Assembly: GCF_001194135.2 (NCBI RefSeq)
Contig: NC_068981.1
Coordinates: 166,215,181-166,279,180, forward strand
Direction: 5' to 3'
Length of the DNA stretch: 64,000 nt
From: Octopus bimaculoides
Lineage: Eukaryota
A program made the translations under genes and the position numbers. The notes beneath the pieces were generated by a model, which was not told the DNA's origin, did no database searches, and saw only the letters and a list, made by a program, of their open reading frames with translations. Below are positions 24,127-38,400 of this stretch, one piece after another (within the stretch, counting starts at the first letter, position 1; each line of letters starts with the position of its first letter).

Positions 24127-26025
24127 CTGAGTTTGAACTCAGAACATAGAGAGCCAGAACAAATGCTGCAAGGCATTTTGTGTGACACAAACAATTTTAC
24201 CAATCCACCATTGCTGGAAGAAATAGTTAAGTATGTGAATGAATCAGTGAAAATAATGAAGGAGAGGAAGTGGGGGTAGATTCAATGAAAGAAGACAAAA
24301 TGAAAAACCAGAAAATATAAGCAAGATTTGAAGCAAAAACATTAAGGATTATTGAAAGGAGGCAGACAAAAAAACCCATTGTTTTTTATAGATACTATGC
24401 TTGTCAGTAAATAATCATTCGAAATACTTTTGTTTAATATTTAATGTCTTCCTTCTATGCTAGAAGGAGGACCTTAATGTTTACTCTTGTGAAACCCTCC
24501 AACCTATGCTGGCATAGGTTGGGTGGTTTGACAGGAGGTGACAAATCGGGAGAATGTGTCAAGCTCTACTGTCTATTTTGGCATGGTTTCTATGGCTGGA
24601 TACCTTTCCTAATGCCAACACTTAAGAGTGTATTGGGTACATTTTACATGGCACCAGCAGCAGTGACATCATCAAGTAACTTGCAAGACAAGACCCCCTC
24701 AACTGAGGTGATGTGGCTATGTGCCAAGTGACAGGAGGCTAGAATATGTAAAGAGGGACAGGAATACGTCTGGCAGTAGAGGAGATAAATACCATGTATC
24801 TCCTATACGGTATACATCAGTTAGAGAGGGAAAGGGAGAAAGAAGAGTTTATGATTTTAATTGTAAAGTATCCTTCTAAAAAAGTTGTAAAACTGAATAT
24901 AAATATGATCAACTATTTTTTTAATAAATTACTGTTGTTGTTTAGCTGTAAATTGACCCAAATTGAGCAAGCCTATGATTAAAAGTATTCTTGCTAAGGT
25001 GATTCCCTCTGGGGTTTTTTTCAAACACTATCTAGCATGACCCTTATGCAATGTATCTTGTTTATAGGGTGGTAAGGTGATATGAAAAAGATTTGGCTGC
25101 AATCTCTAGCAGATTGAGCGATTGCATAGAACCATCCCCTTTGCACATCATTTAGATAAATTATCAGGAAGAGATGGGTAGTGTCGACCTTTTTATAGCC
25201 ATCCCCCTCCCCTCCCCCACCTTGCTCAAAATTTGGGATTGATGTGGTGAACCCCAGAATGAACATCTGCAGGAAAAATGTGGGCAGGAATAGGATGGCA
25301 GTGCCTTGATTAACCGATTTATTAAATAGTCTGATTTAGATTTTGTGTGTACCATTAGGAAACTGGCATGAATATTTAAAATTATTTACTGTAACCATTT
25401 CCATTGGCAGCTTCCCTTATCCTATTCACCAATACATCATAAAGATTTTTTTTTTATTTTATCAAACTTATCTTAGACATCTGCATAAATTTAAAACTCT
25501 ATTTATTTAACTATTTAGTTTGCTTTGCAAAATTGCCAATATTCAATTGTAGTTCGTTGTATAAGTGCTTATAAAATATCACAGCATTATGACAAAACTT
25601 TAAGAGAATGTCATAGTGATCATTAAGATAGTTCCAGATTGTAATCAATAATTATGCTGGGGAGTGGGGAGGTAAGTATTGTAGAGCAAGAAGTGAGCTA
25701 AGTCTGTGAGTTGGTTTTGTTTCTTGGTTCTTCAATGTTATTAGGAAAAAAACATTCACATTATACTACTTCATTCTCTTCTCTTGGCAAATTGTAGCCA
25801 TTTGCTTGACTGTTTTTCATTTTTCTATTATTAGCACTGAAGACTAGATCTTTGGATTGTTTGTGCCACATTCTTGGCAGTAACATCTGTTTATACCCCT
25901 TCAGGTCTTTTTTAGTAGTATTTGAGTTTCTTGGGGTAAATTCATTAGTTTTTTTCTTCTTCTTTTTACAAAGAATCTTGCACATCTGAGGTATCAGCTA
26001 TCTCAACATGAATTACTGATTTTTT

Positions 26026-26616
26026 TGTGAAAAAGTGTCACACCTTAGCAGTAGAGGGAGCCTGTGGAAGAGGTAGACCCAGGAAGACCTGGGAGGAGGT
26101 GGTGAAGCACAACCTTCGAACGTTGGGCCTCTTGGAGGCGATGACAAGTGATTGAGTCCTTTGGAGATATGCTGTGCTTGAGAAGACCCGGCAAGCCAAG
26201 TGAGGCTGTAACCATGGCCTATGCCAGTGCAGCATAACTGGTTCATTTAAGAGTATCCTTCAATCATTGCGCAATAAACTGCACTTGCGAAGACCTGTTG
26301 AGTCAAGTGAAGACATTGTCGTGGCCAATGACAGTATCTGATTGGCACCCATCCTGGTGGCATATAAAAAGCACCATTCAAGCGTGGTCGATGCCAGTAC
26401 CGCCTGACTGGCCCTCGTACCGGTGGCACATAAAAAGCACCCACTACACTCTTGGAGTGGTTGGTGTTAGGAAGGGCATCCAGCTGTAGAAACTTTGCCA
26501 GATCACATTGGAGCCTGGTGCAGCCTTCTGGCTTGCCAGCCCTCAGTCAAACCATCCAACCCATACCAGCATGGAAAACGGACGTTAAACAACGACAACG
26601 GTGATGATAGTAATGA
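26026..26616 (+). mobile_element. RTE-type LINE 3' end with ORF C-terminus
   Basis: VEGACGRGRPRKTWEEVVKHNLRTLGLLEAMTSD*VLWRYAVLEKTRQAK*, followed by the family 3' UTR and a GAT/GAC-rich tail. Confidence 0.85.
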
Positions 26617-27132
26617 AGTAAAAAAACAGAATTATTATGGCCTTTATTTCCAAATTCGTATCCTTTTCATCCTTTTGAGGCCAATATAATGAATAATCAA
26701 CAATATAAGCTATAATCTTTCCATCATTTTTTTTTTTTTGCTTTTATTATCATCAAACATGTTTCCCATGGTGGCATGAGTAGGATGGTTTGACAAGATC
26801 TAATGAACTACACAGAATTGTGTTCAGTTCCAACGTCAGCTTCCATGTTTTTTATGGTTAGATGCCCTTCCTAACACCAACCTCTTCAAGATTTGTTTCT
26901 CTTTTGTGTGAGACTGTCACAAGTGACATCAAGTAACTTGCAAGACAAAGAAAACAAAGGAAAGGAAAAGGACCTCCTTACCCCAAAGCATTAACTTTGT
27001 GAGTTATTAAACTTCAGTAACAAATTAAAATACAAGTTTGGCCATGCTTTTATACAAATTTAAAAACTATTGAGCACTGCCCCCTAATCTTTGGACAAAA
27101 TAATAAACAAAAATTATGAAATAAATGTCAGT

Positions 27133-27723
27133 AAGTGTTGATAAATATTAAATTTTTTTCCAGATCATTATTTTAATGTTCATTTTTCCAAGGGTGGATG
27201 AATTAAGTAGGTGTGTTGTATAACGTCATCTCATCCCTAAAGCGATTGCTACCAACCAGCTCTTCCCTGGTCTTCTTCTGCAGTGATTACTTTTCCCTTA
27301 GGTCTTTGGATTTACCTACATTACTTGGTTGTATTATTTATTAATTCTCCACAAATCCTTCTTTTAACTGTAGTTAGGCCTCCTAAAGGTGAAAACAAAA
27401 GCCCTTTTATGCCAGACTATGAAGTAGGTATTGCAAATGAGAGGTGTCAATCATGTCACTTAACTATCACCTATAAACTCACAGCATCTTTTCATGTAGC
27501 ATGGATTGTAACATATTTCAATAAACAAACTATATATTAGTAATGTTATAGATGTGGATTGCTTCAAAATATGTAACACTTGAAATACATAATGTAAATT
27601 CATTGGATTGTATTTGGTGGAATAAGTTAGGTTTATACAACACATCTACTTAATTCATCCACCCTTGGTAAAATGAGCATTAAAATAATGGTCTGGAATA
27701 AAATTTAATATTTATCAACACTT
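27133..27723. repeat. ~91-bp inverted repeat pair with a ~410-bp spacer (MITE-like)
   Basis: 27133-27224 is the reverse complement of 27632-27723 with only a few mismatches. Confidence 0.85.
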
Positions 27724-28199
27724 TTTAATACTAGTATATTTATTTCATAATTTTTGTTTATTATTTTGTCCTCAGATTAGAAACAGTGCTCAATAGTTTT
27801 TTAATTTATAGAGACGCATGGTCAAACTTTGATGTCTTGTAAAAGTATGAATGCCATATCTTCTCATATTCTTCATATAAGTCAGAAACATATCTCTTAT
27901 AATTCTGTATGCACGCACACACACGCGCGCGCGCGCACGCACACACCTATTTTTTGCCTGTTAAAGCTTTCCAAACAGCAAAGTTAGGAGTTTCAGCTTG
28001 TTGCTTTTGTGAGTAGAAAAATTTCGAAAGACTGAATATAATGTTAGCACAATTTTCAGAAAATCTCTTTCAGGACTCACAAGGAGAATACTTGTAGCTC
28101 CTTATAAGTAATCAACACCCCTCCCCCAGTTAATAATTCCTGCAGTTGCAAAAACAACTTTGCTTCTTTGAACTAGCAAGTCCCATTTGCCCAGTTTCC

Positions 28200-28490
28200 A
28201 CTCCACCCAAATCTATCTAATACTCCTACCTTGCCCCTCTCATTTCTATGTTGTCTCATACCCACTCTGCTGTCCTACTGTAATACTTTTCTTCAATCCT
28301 TCCTCTTTAAAGCAGCAACCTTTGCTCTACCCACAATTTCCTTACAGCCATCAGACTATTTAAGTTCAAATTGAACATCAATCATCTCAACCTCACCATG
28401 TTCTGGGTGAACCTTCAACGGTCATGGACACTACCCTTCCTTCACTGGCTACAAAATAAATAATAATAATAATAATAATAATGAAACAAA
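28200..28490 (+). mobile_element. Highly decayed L2/CR1-like LINE 3' end
   Basis: NTFLQSFLFKAAT...LP...LFKFKLNINHLNL-like frames ending in an (AAT)n tail. Confidence 0.4.
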
Positions 28491-31400
28491 CACTATCCGC
28501 ATCTTTTACCATCAACTGAATTTACCGCAGTTTTGTATTTGAGTGTTACTATCTATTCTATTGTCTTGATTGCCAAAGAATGAATTCATTTAGTTGATTA
28601 GAACTCTGCTCAAGTTAGCCTTGTGTTTAGTCAAAAAAAAAAAAAAAATCGGCTTCTTGAGTAATTGGAGGATGGGAGAGAAAGAAGCTGCTTTTGTTGA
28701 TTTGGATCCAGTGTTTGTGATAAAAGGTTATCACAGACATGTGGACTCTCAGAACCAATAATAGTGGAGGAGGAGCAGGGTGACAAAATCCATATAGTAA
28801 TTTGTTCTAACAGTAATGCAATTTTTCTTAATGCTGTGTGCATCACTTGCCAGGTGATTATCATACACACACACACACACACACACACTGCAGAGCATCT
28901 GCCATTCCCTCTTTTGGATTTATATACCACGAATATATTTTTTATAACATCTATAATATCCACTTATATCTAATGTTTATATCAAAGATTTAGCAGTTAA
29001 TTCATAGTACCATTATGAAATTGAAAAAATGTCATTTGAATGTTGTTGAAAATTCTAACACTTGAAATATAGTGGAAATGAAAACATAAAAAATGAGATT
29101 AGTAGTTAGGATATTAATCAGAAATACAGAACTGTAATCTCTGAAAAGGCAAATATCTAATTATATTTAGAAAAGCATTAAAATTTACATATCTGAAATA
29201 TATTGGTGCTATTTTAGCATACATTCTACCCCAGTATTTGTAATCTACACTGTGAAATGACCTGATCTGGATTCGGATTTAGGGTAAGAGTTAGGATCAG
29301 GTTGCACACTAAAGTTTAAATGGCCAGGTAGACGACACTCTAAAGTGGCACCATGATGTCACTAAAAAGGAATGAGAGTTAATCAAATTAATTTTCTAAC
29401 AAATATTGCCATGAAGTTTCAAACTATTGTTTGAAATGACAAGTGTCTGTCTGTTTTAATCAGTAATAGATCTGTATTGTGTGTCTAATTTATTGTATCT
29501 GACATTTCCATTGTCAACAGATGAATCATTTTCTTTACTTTGTATTTTCAACTTACATGAATTGAACTGAATTTGTTTCCTGTCATATTTTAAATAGTTC
29601 TAGATAACTTGTTGCCTTTCAGAAACTCAGCAATACTACATATAAGTATCTAGAATTTATCATTAACTGCTGTTTAAATGGACATCTTATTGAATACGCA
29701 TTTTTAAATTGTTGCATTTTTGAGTGTTAAAGCTTTTATATTACTCTTTATCCACTTATAATCACATGAGTTTGGATGTTACATTAATTTTTAAGTCTCC
29801 AATTTTACTCTACAAAATTGCTTTCAAATGTCTTTTTTCTTCAATCCTGAATAAGAATTTTTGTTTCTTAGACATATGACAGACAGTTTGGTTCTTATTG
29901 TTTTCAGTTTTTGCTTTGTTATTCAGATGTATTTTCAGTGTTGCTAGCAAGTGTTTTTCAGCTTTATTTTTCTAGTTTTGAAAATTATCATCATGGAATA
30001 GTTTTATGGTGGACAATTTTTTTTTTTTTCTTTATCATACTCAATGCCCTTTTAAGGAAGGGATTTGATGGTTATAGTAATATTCAGTTCTAGAATAAAG
30101 CTAGTACTTATTCTATTAAACTTTATTCAGGGAACGAATGGAAAAATTGAATTTTGTGCACGTCAGTGTAGTATTTCTTCTACTAATTAGAAATACATTG
30201 TCCAGATCTCACCAAGTACAATGTTACATTCATAGTAAGTATTAGGAAATAGTCAGTCCTTATTAGCAGCAGAGATGGTTCTCTTATTTATTAAGGAGGT
30301 AGCTTTGGAATATTGCAAAAACATCTGAATGCTTATATTATTTTTTTTCAGAACAAAAGAAAAAGAAAAAAACAAGTACTGAACCAACTACTTAAAAACC
30401 TCTTTCTAGCATAGAAAAAAATAGCAAGTCTTGGAAGGTTTTTTTTTTAAATTTTTGTTTTCAAATAGCAAGATTCTACACATTGATTTTGTGACTCCAG
30501 TTCTGAGTTGATCTGTCACACAAAGCTGATTTTAATGCCTTGGTTATCCACTGAACATTATATTAACTACCCACAAGTCCAAAACCCCATTATACTTTGT
30601 TTTTAGTATGGTATGGGATCAGACCACTCTCCAACATGTAGTAAGTGTAGAATATATATTGTATATTAGTCACATATTTTTAATATTACATGAGGAGAAA
30701 GAACCATTTATCATTAGAAACAAAAACTAGATGACTGATAGTAAATATGCCAGGCAAGTTACCTGGGGCCTAATCCTGTTAATCAAAGGCCAGTATTTAT
30801 TGTGATAAAATTAAAATAGAGAATGCACCTCTATTGCAAGTTAAGAAATAGATTTCTTAGAATTTTTGTCTTTATGGGAGATATTCTACTAAGTAGCTTT
30901 CTTTATAATAATCTTTTTAAAACAGCTGGACATTTATTATAGTCAACTGTATATTATACCTACTAATTGGATGAAGTTTTTTATGTAATAAGGTTACTTG
31001 AAGTGAATATAGTTTGGACAATCTTTTAATATTTAAACTTTTAGGATACATGGAAAACATGCACTTCCCTGAAAAAATTGATAATCATTGCTTGGCTTAG
31101 ATTGCATTCTTAGTGTAAAGGGATTTCATAGGGATTTGTAGGGAGATGAGATTGTATGACATCCATATTTCTCGAAGAGCAATAACAATGTAAATTAAGC
31201 AAAGTAGCTAGGAGTCAAAATGGTCATAGATTCTGGTCTATAACATACATTTATTCCGCAGTGTGAAAGTTTTTATTTTTATTTTGAATCTCTTGACACT
31301 TGTTGCATTCAGTAACCTAAGTGAGCAAAGCTTATTAAATTAGGAAATTTAGCTATATTTAAAAAAAAAAAGGAAAGAAAAAAAATTCCAAACATTATAA

Positions 31401-32301
31401 TGTGCACAAAAGTTCAGTCATTCAGATGTTTATAACAGTAAGCATATGAAAGTGGAATATGAAAATTGGTAGGAAGATGGACAATTATTGCATATCAAGT
31501 AAATTATAAGGAATTTAGTGTCGAAAGAGGAAGAAGCTAAAGGTTAACTTGAAGTAAGGAGATTGAAAGAGTTGTAAGATAAGTAGGTGAAGACAAGATA
31601 GAATGTGAGAAAATTATGCCAGTAAACTAACTTTTCACAATACTTCATGAGATATGAATATGAAAAGACTTAGCCTCTGATATCATAACAGGAAGAAAAC
31701 ATTAATATTGTGTTTTTTTTTTTTTTTGTGGGCGGGTTAATGACACTATCCATTATCAAAAGTTGCAAGCACAAATCTTGCTTTTAGAACAAATATTATA
31801 ATAGTAATGCAGTACCAGACACTGGCTGTCATGGCTTCTGATCTTAACTGATTAGAAAGTGTTATCATGTACATATTTTGTTTTGGTATAAAAAGATGGG
31901 CTGCAGCAGATATTCTGCTCAGTACCACAGAGTTGCTTGATCTTAAGCAGTTGAGCATATCCCTTGGTGGCTGACAATATGTACGTCTCTGATCACAAGC
32001 AGAAGTAGTGGGGGAGCATCATAGCCATGTGTTGAGAGGAATTCTTTGGGGTTTGAATAATTCACCTCTGGAAACATGGGTGTTTTGTTCATCATCCTTA
32101 AACAATTTTAACTGAGCCCCACTTACAAGATCATGCACTGTTTAACTTGATATAAGGTCACCATGTTGTGCACATTTGGTTGTGAAGCATGTGCCTGGTG
32201 TACTCTTATCTGATGGTTAGTCATGATGGGTATATTGGTCTTTGTATATTTGTACCCCAGTGTCACTTTGAACACATGCGCTACTCTCTTACTCAATAGT
32301 A

Positions 32302-32520
32302 ATAATCCTTTCTACTATAGGCACAAGGCCTGAAATTTGTGAGGAGAGGGCAAATCGATTACATCGACCCCAGTGTGTAACTGGTACTTATTTCATTGAC
32401 CCTGAAAGGATGAAAGGCAAAGTTGACTGTGGCTGAATTTGAACTCAGAATGTAAAAATGGACAAAATACCACTAAGCATTTTGCTCGGCAGGCTAACTA
32501 TTCTGCCAGCTCACTGAATA
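32302..32520 (-). mobile_element. Family A SINE
   Basis: Reverse complement of the family A core, near full length, followed by (AAT/AGT)n. Confidence 0.85.
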
Positions 32521-35500
32521 ATAATAATAATAGTAGTAGTAGTAATAATAATAATAATAATAATAAATAAAACAATACAAAATCTAATCATTATTTTGTA
32601 TTCTTTTGCTCTAGTCAGTAATTGAAAGCACATTTCAGTAAATGATGCTTTCAGTATGAAAAACAATGGTTATGTTAACATGTATTGGTCTTACTGTGTC
32701 CTCATCCATGAGACACAGACTTCATCATTCTTACTGAAAAAAATCACTAAATGTGCAAGATTGTGCTTCAGAAAATGGAAATATTCAAAAAACAAATAAT
32801 TCAGAAATGCCAACTGCATTGAAATGAAATTAATAAATTGTTGGGAGAACAAGCATTAAAATGTTAGACATAATTTTATGATGAAGAAAAAAATAACATT
32901 AGTCTATCGTTTGCTATTATTTTCATATAGAAAATATCTAATTATTTATCCACTGGACAAATTCTATTTTCGGTGTCAACTAATGTACACTCTACAACTT
33001 TTATTTAATAATTTTTCATTTCTACTTTGGCAAGTGAAGATTGTGCTTTGCTGATGTGGGCATACTAAGACCAAAGTATGTCTGAAGTTTTCTTCTGCAC
33101 TAACTGAATAAATGAAAATAATGTTAAATCATTCATTAATATTGTTTTTTCCCTTCCTGCATAATTAGGTCTAATTAGCATTTCTAATGTTCCTTACATT
33201 AAAATAGGTTAATAACAACCTATGTCAGCAAAGTCAGATGTTTTAATTTAAAAAAATCTTTTAAGATTATAGTTACTTCAAATTTGTAATAAATCTTTGC
33301 TTTCACTTGGTATGGCTACAAATATATGAAATAGGAAACTTTTAGAAATTGAAAGTTTACATGGTTCTAGGTTTATGTAAAACTGCAATAAATAAAATCC
33401 ATAGTTAAGTTTGGCATTGGCAGTTTCAAGATTTAAATTTCAAGCCAACAATAAAACCTCACTGCAGTTATATAACCTTCTCAAAACCACAGACGAATCT
33501 CATTTCAATCATACTCTTCCACAAAAAGGAAAAAAGAAATGTCTATTAATTCTCATGAGAATGTTGTGCTTAGGTTCTCAACAGCTGCATATGTATATTT
33601 TATAAGTTCTGGATTGTTTTGTTTTATAAATCGTAAGAATTAAGATCGTAGTATTTCTTGAGTTCATTTCCTGCTTTGGAAGTGTAAGCATTTTAATATT
33701 ATTTCAATTTAAGAAAAGGTAGTGGAGGGAATATAGAGAGTAAGGGTGGTTGTTTAAATATTGGAAGGCATTTAGTTTCATTCCTATTAGTTAAAAGTTC
33801 AAATTTTAACTTTACTTTTATTTTTATTTCTCCAGTGCCAGTAGAAATAAGCAACAAATAACCTGTAATATACTGATATTCTGTTTGTTGTATCTCCTTT
33901 CTCAACAAATATAAATTAGTTTGTCACTAAACATAAGGAAATGTTATTCTGGGTAAATGCTACTATACGCTATGATATTTATTCTCTTATTTTTACATAG
34001 CTAGCAAAGTTGGAGCTATTTTTAGGGGTTTTTCATCAACATAATGCCATTTGATAGGCATGGCGTTAGCTTCTGTCTGTCTGGGAAATCCATAACATGC
34101 TGTAACACAGTGGAACCTATTTTCTTAAGAGTTCATCTGCTTGTAATTTGGTAAGCAGTGTATCCACCACTGCTTCTTTCTGTGTTGTGATAGATATTAG
34201 GATTTGAAACAACCATGCTGTTATTTAGATAATTTCTCAGTACTCGTTATTTATTACTGTTTACATGTGATATTTAAAGCCATTGGGGTTGATTTAGTCA
34301 CTCACCTATATTACATAGTTGTGCCAAAATTAAAAATCATCATTGTCGGTAGCAATAAAGCTAACACAGGCACATTTGAAGATGTTATAAAATTAAAATG
34401 ACATTAAGAATTGACTGGTATTTATTTATTTTAGGTAGCTGTCAAAGGATAAAATCAGTCAACTCTGACAAGATTTAAACTATAGAGGGATACAACTAAA
34501 TACTGTAAGGTATTTTTGTTTGACCTTGCAGTATTTAATCATACTTCTTCACATTCTGATTTACAGTACTTATCCCCTCCTGCAATAGAGTATCCATATT
34601 ATTATATTAAGGTTATTCAGTTGACTATGCCCTACCCATAGAATTTTGTGTCATCATGAAAATTTATTATTGCTTAGTTTTGAACACCTCTAATTAGACC
34701 TATGTTAACAAAAACATTCCAACTGTCTTTAAGATGATGAAAGTGGGATTTGAGTGAGATTTGGTTGCTATATATAGCAGTTTGAGCAACTGTGTAGGGG
34801 CTGCCCCATTAGCTTGTTTGGTAGTCAATCTGGTAGTCAACCTGCTATTATTTTCTTTGTAGCAGTCTTCCTTTGTTCTCTCTCATTAGTTCCCTTACTC
34901 AAGGTAGCTATTCTTCTTACTTCCTCTTTTTTAATGACCTTCTAATAAACACAAACGTTGGTCCATTACATTTTGATTTTTTTTTTTGTTATATATATAT
35001 AATACATGGCTTTTATGCTCTTGTGAAGTACAGAATGAGTAACCTTATTAACCTTAACATTGAGTTAATCAAGAGATACCTAAGTCCTTTGATCAAAATT
35101 CATGACTACTATTGATTTAATGATAAATAAATACAATTTAATCAGAAGTATATATCGATATTTTTATGATAAACAAATACAATCAGAAATATATATATTG
35201 ATAGAATTAATTAGAAATATATAAGAAACAGGTAATATATATTATTGTGTGATTGATTCACCTTATCGCAATGTGAATCACACACATCCAGATTATGCTT
35301 AATCATTTAGGTCTGAGTCAGGTCAGCTTAATCTGTGATTAAGTTGGGTTTTTTTCTATTAAAGCTAGACTTTGACTCAGGCCATCTTAGTTATTAAATT
35401 GTAATTCTACGCACGATCATTGGCTCAAATGCTTTGTTTTGTTAATGTTTTATAGGCTTCTATGTTTATTAATATGTATACATACTTTTATAATATTAGT

Positions 35501-36133
35501 ATTTCTTTAATGATTTACATACATATGCTTTGTACATCTAAACTAAATCAACAGCAAAACTAAGAGTGGTATACTCAATCAGTTACAAGGTTTAAACTTT
35601 GAGCCAGTGAGAATCACTCAACCTGCTAGAAATAGCAATTAAATCTCTCTCAAATCTTAACTTCTGACATGTGTGCACGCACACACACATACACACAGAA
35701 GGTAAGAGTGTATTGGATAACATACACATTCTGAATGAGCTGTTCATAACAAACACCTTTGATCATAAAATGGATGACCTGAGGCTAAATAGTAACTCAA
35801 GAAAGTGCTAAAATTATCTATAAACTTCTATTAAATAAAATCATCTAACACTAAATTCCTTGTTGCCCCTCTATGTGTGTGCGTGCGTGTGTGCACGTGT
35901 GTATGCACGTGTGTGTGTAAGAGACTTATGATTGATTGCTGATATAAGAGACTAAGGTGGAAAAACCACTCCTCTACTATAAATAATCCTTTCTACTATA
36001 GGCACAAGGCCTGAAATTAGGTTTAGTGATGTTATCAACCCCTAGTGTTCAACCGGTACTTATTTCATCGACTTCAAAAGAATGAGAAGTAAAGTCCAAC
36101 CTCAGCAGAGTTTAAACCCAAAACAATAGCAAT

Positions 36134-36556
36134 ATCATCATCATCATCATCATCGTTTAACATCCGCTTTCCATGCTAGCATGGGTTGGACGATTTGACT
36201 GAGGACTGGTGAAACCGGATGGCAACACCAGGCTCCAATCTAATTTGGCAGAGTTTCTACAGCTGGATGCCCTTCCTAACGCCAACCACTCAGAGAGTGT
36301 AGTGGGTGCTTTTACGTGTCACCCGCACGAAAACGGCCACGATCTCACTAGAAAATCCTACGGGAGCCAGTCAGGCGGTACTGGCAACGGCCATGCTCAA
36401 AATGGTGCATCTCATGTGCCACCCGCACAAGAGCCAGTCCAGGGGCACTGGCAACGATCTTACTTGGCTTGCCGGGTCTTCTCACGCACAGCACATTTCC
36501 AAAGGTCTCGGTCAGTAGTCATCGCCTCGGTGAGGCCCAATGTACGAAGGTCTTGC
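36134..36556 (-). mobile_element. Young RTE-type LINE 3' end
   Basis: Minus strand QDLRTLGLTEAMTTDRDLWKCAVREKTRQAK*, then the 3' UTR and (GAT)n. CpG-rich and near-identical to 47410-47596. Confidence 0.85.
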
Positions 36557-37409
36557 AACCTTACAGTGTCAAAGGGAAAGAACATTAACAATAGAAATAC
36601 ATACATGATCTTAGACAACAGAGAGAAAAAGCATCACTAAATTAGCAACTGCTTTTGGAACAAATGAAAACATTTAAATTGGACAATTTAAAGCACAAAT
36701 TAGAAAGAGCATTTTGTTCTTAGAAATAACACTCTGCTGACACCACTGTTTCTACCAGCTACTACCCACTCTTTCCTCTTCTTTTTATTTGGAGTGTCCT
36801 GAGGGACGACCTAGATAGATAGATTTTATTCATTTACTGTACAGATAATCTGCAAGAAAATCTGTCTCAAATGCATGATTCCTAATTACTTCCTCTTGTA
36901 TGTGTTTATGCAGTACTGTGCATCAATATGTATCTATGTATGAATGTACATATGTATATACATGCACACTCACACATACATAGATTCTTTGTATGTAGGA
37001 TGGGTACAATTTTGTTTAAATTGGTGCTTGTTTCAGTTATACTTTGATAGTATGTTTTCACTAACATGAGTATGTTTCCATATATATGTTTTATCACTGT
37101 CCACCACCACATCCTCTTATCATAATTAGCTTCATCAAATCTGCTGTTTGATGTATTTTATATAAGTTCGTAAGCCACCTCTTTCCAACTAATTCACTCC
37201 TATAAAATATATGAGAAGCATGCCTGCTCTTCTATTCTATATATTCACTACAATCAATCTAAAAGACTTCTATGTCTTTAAGTACTTTCTGTGCACATTA
37301 CCTATTGAAAGTAGTGCAGTAGTTTCTTTCAAGTATAAAATATAAAGCACTTTGCCAACAGGAAGGCAGTCATGTTTTATATATATGAAGGGAATAAGCA
37401 AGAAATTGA

Positions 37410-37830
37410 TAGTGCATCTGGTGCACTGTGTACTCAAAATATGAAGTCATCCTCAGCAGACTGATGGAGAACAAGAACTTTAGATGCATTTATGTGGTTA
37501 GCAGCAGAAATGTTATTGAAATGAAGTCAGTGAACTGCTTAGATGGATTGCTAGATGTAGTTGATAACTTTTGTTACTTAGGTTCTGGAATGAATGGAGC
37601 AAATGTATAGTTGAAATGGTGTAAAAAGCTCAGGGAAATGTTGAGATATTGCCTCTGTTAGCAAGAAAGTCTCTCTGTCTCCCTCTCTCTTGTTTGAAGA
37701 GATACTATGAATTGTGTAAGACATTTGATATTGCATGTTGGAGACACAGGAACATTGAATTTTGAAAATAAGAGCCAGAAGCAAATGAGGTAGACAAGCA
37801 TTGGATATGGTTAACTGTACCTATATAATA
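37410..37830 (+). mobile_element. Old RTE RT C-terminal remnant
   Basis: CLDGLLDVVDNFCYLG followed by degraded REILPLL...LY...LH segments, typical of RTE RT domain 7 and downstream sequence. Confidence 0.6.
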
Positions 37831-38400
37831 ATAACTGGCATAGTGTACTTAAAATATACAGTATATTTTGGAACTGTTTCAGTCATCATCAAGAGATCAC
37901 TCATTTAAGAGGTGATGTAACAAGCTAGTTAGACTACAAACCTTCTCAAATAGGATCCATGTTGAGTTGAAAGCAAGCTACCAATTATAAATTTGACTTA
38001 ATGACTATTGGAAGAACCATTTATTTAAAGGGCGCATTACATAAAAGTCAGCATTTACAAACTTTTTTTTTTCCTTTGCCTATCCACCATAAAACCTATA
38101 AAATAATATATATCATTGCCCTTTAATTTGTCTTTTGTCAAAGTGGGGAAAAATAGTCTGTTTTCACAATGTTTTACTAATAGTTCTACTTAGATTATAA
38201 TAGCTTGTTGATCTTTTGATTTTTTTTCTCTTTGCAACTGGATATTTGAGTTAAACTGAATGTTTCTGTACATTCAATGAAGCTAGTATAATGACTTCAT
38301 TGAATATTTTTTATCTCTTGAGATAATGCCATAGATTTTGTAGGGTTTGGTTATAGTCAGTTGAATTGATTTCCAGTATATTGGCAATATTTTATCATTA

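Noticed and set aside
28672-28726. MGEKEAAFVDLDPVFVIK(G) as an alternative phase-1 first exon
   Set aside because: Weak donor (GTTATC), no promoter-like or CpG context, and no similarity to CTL N-termini.
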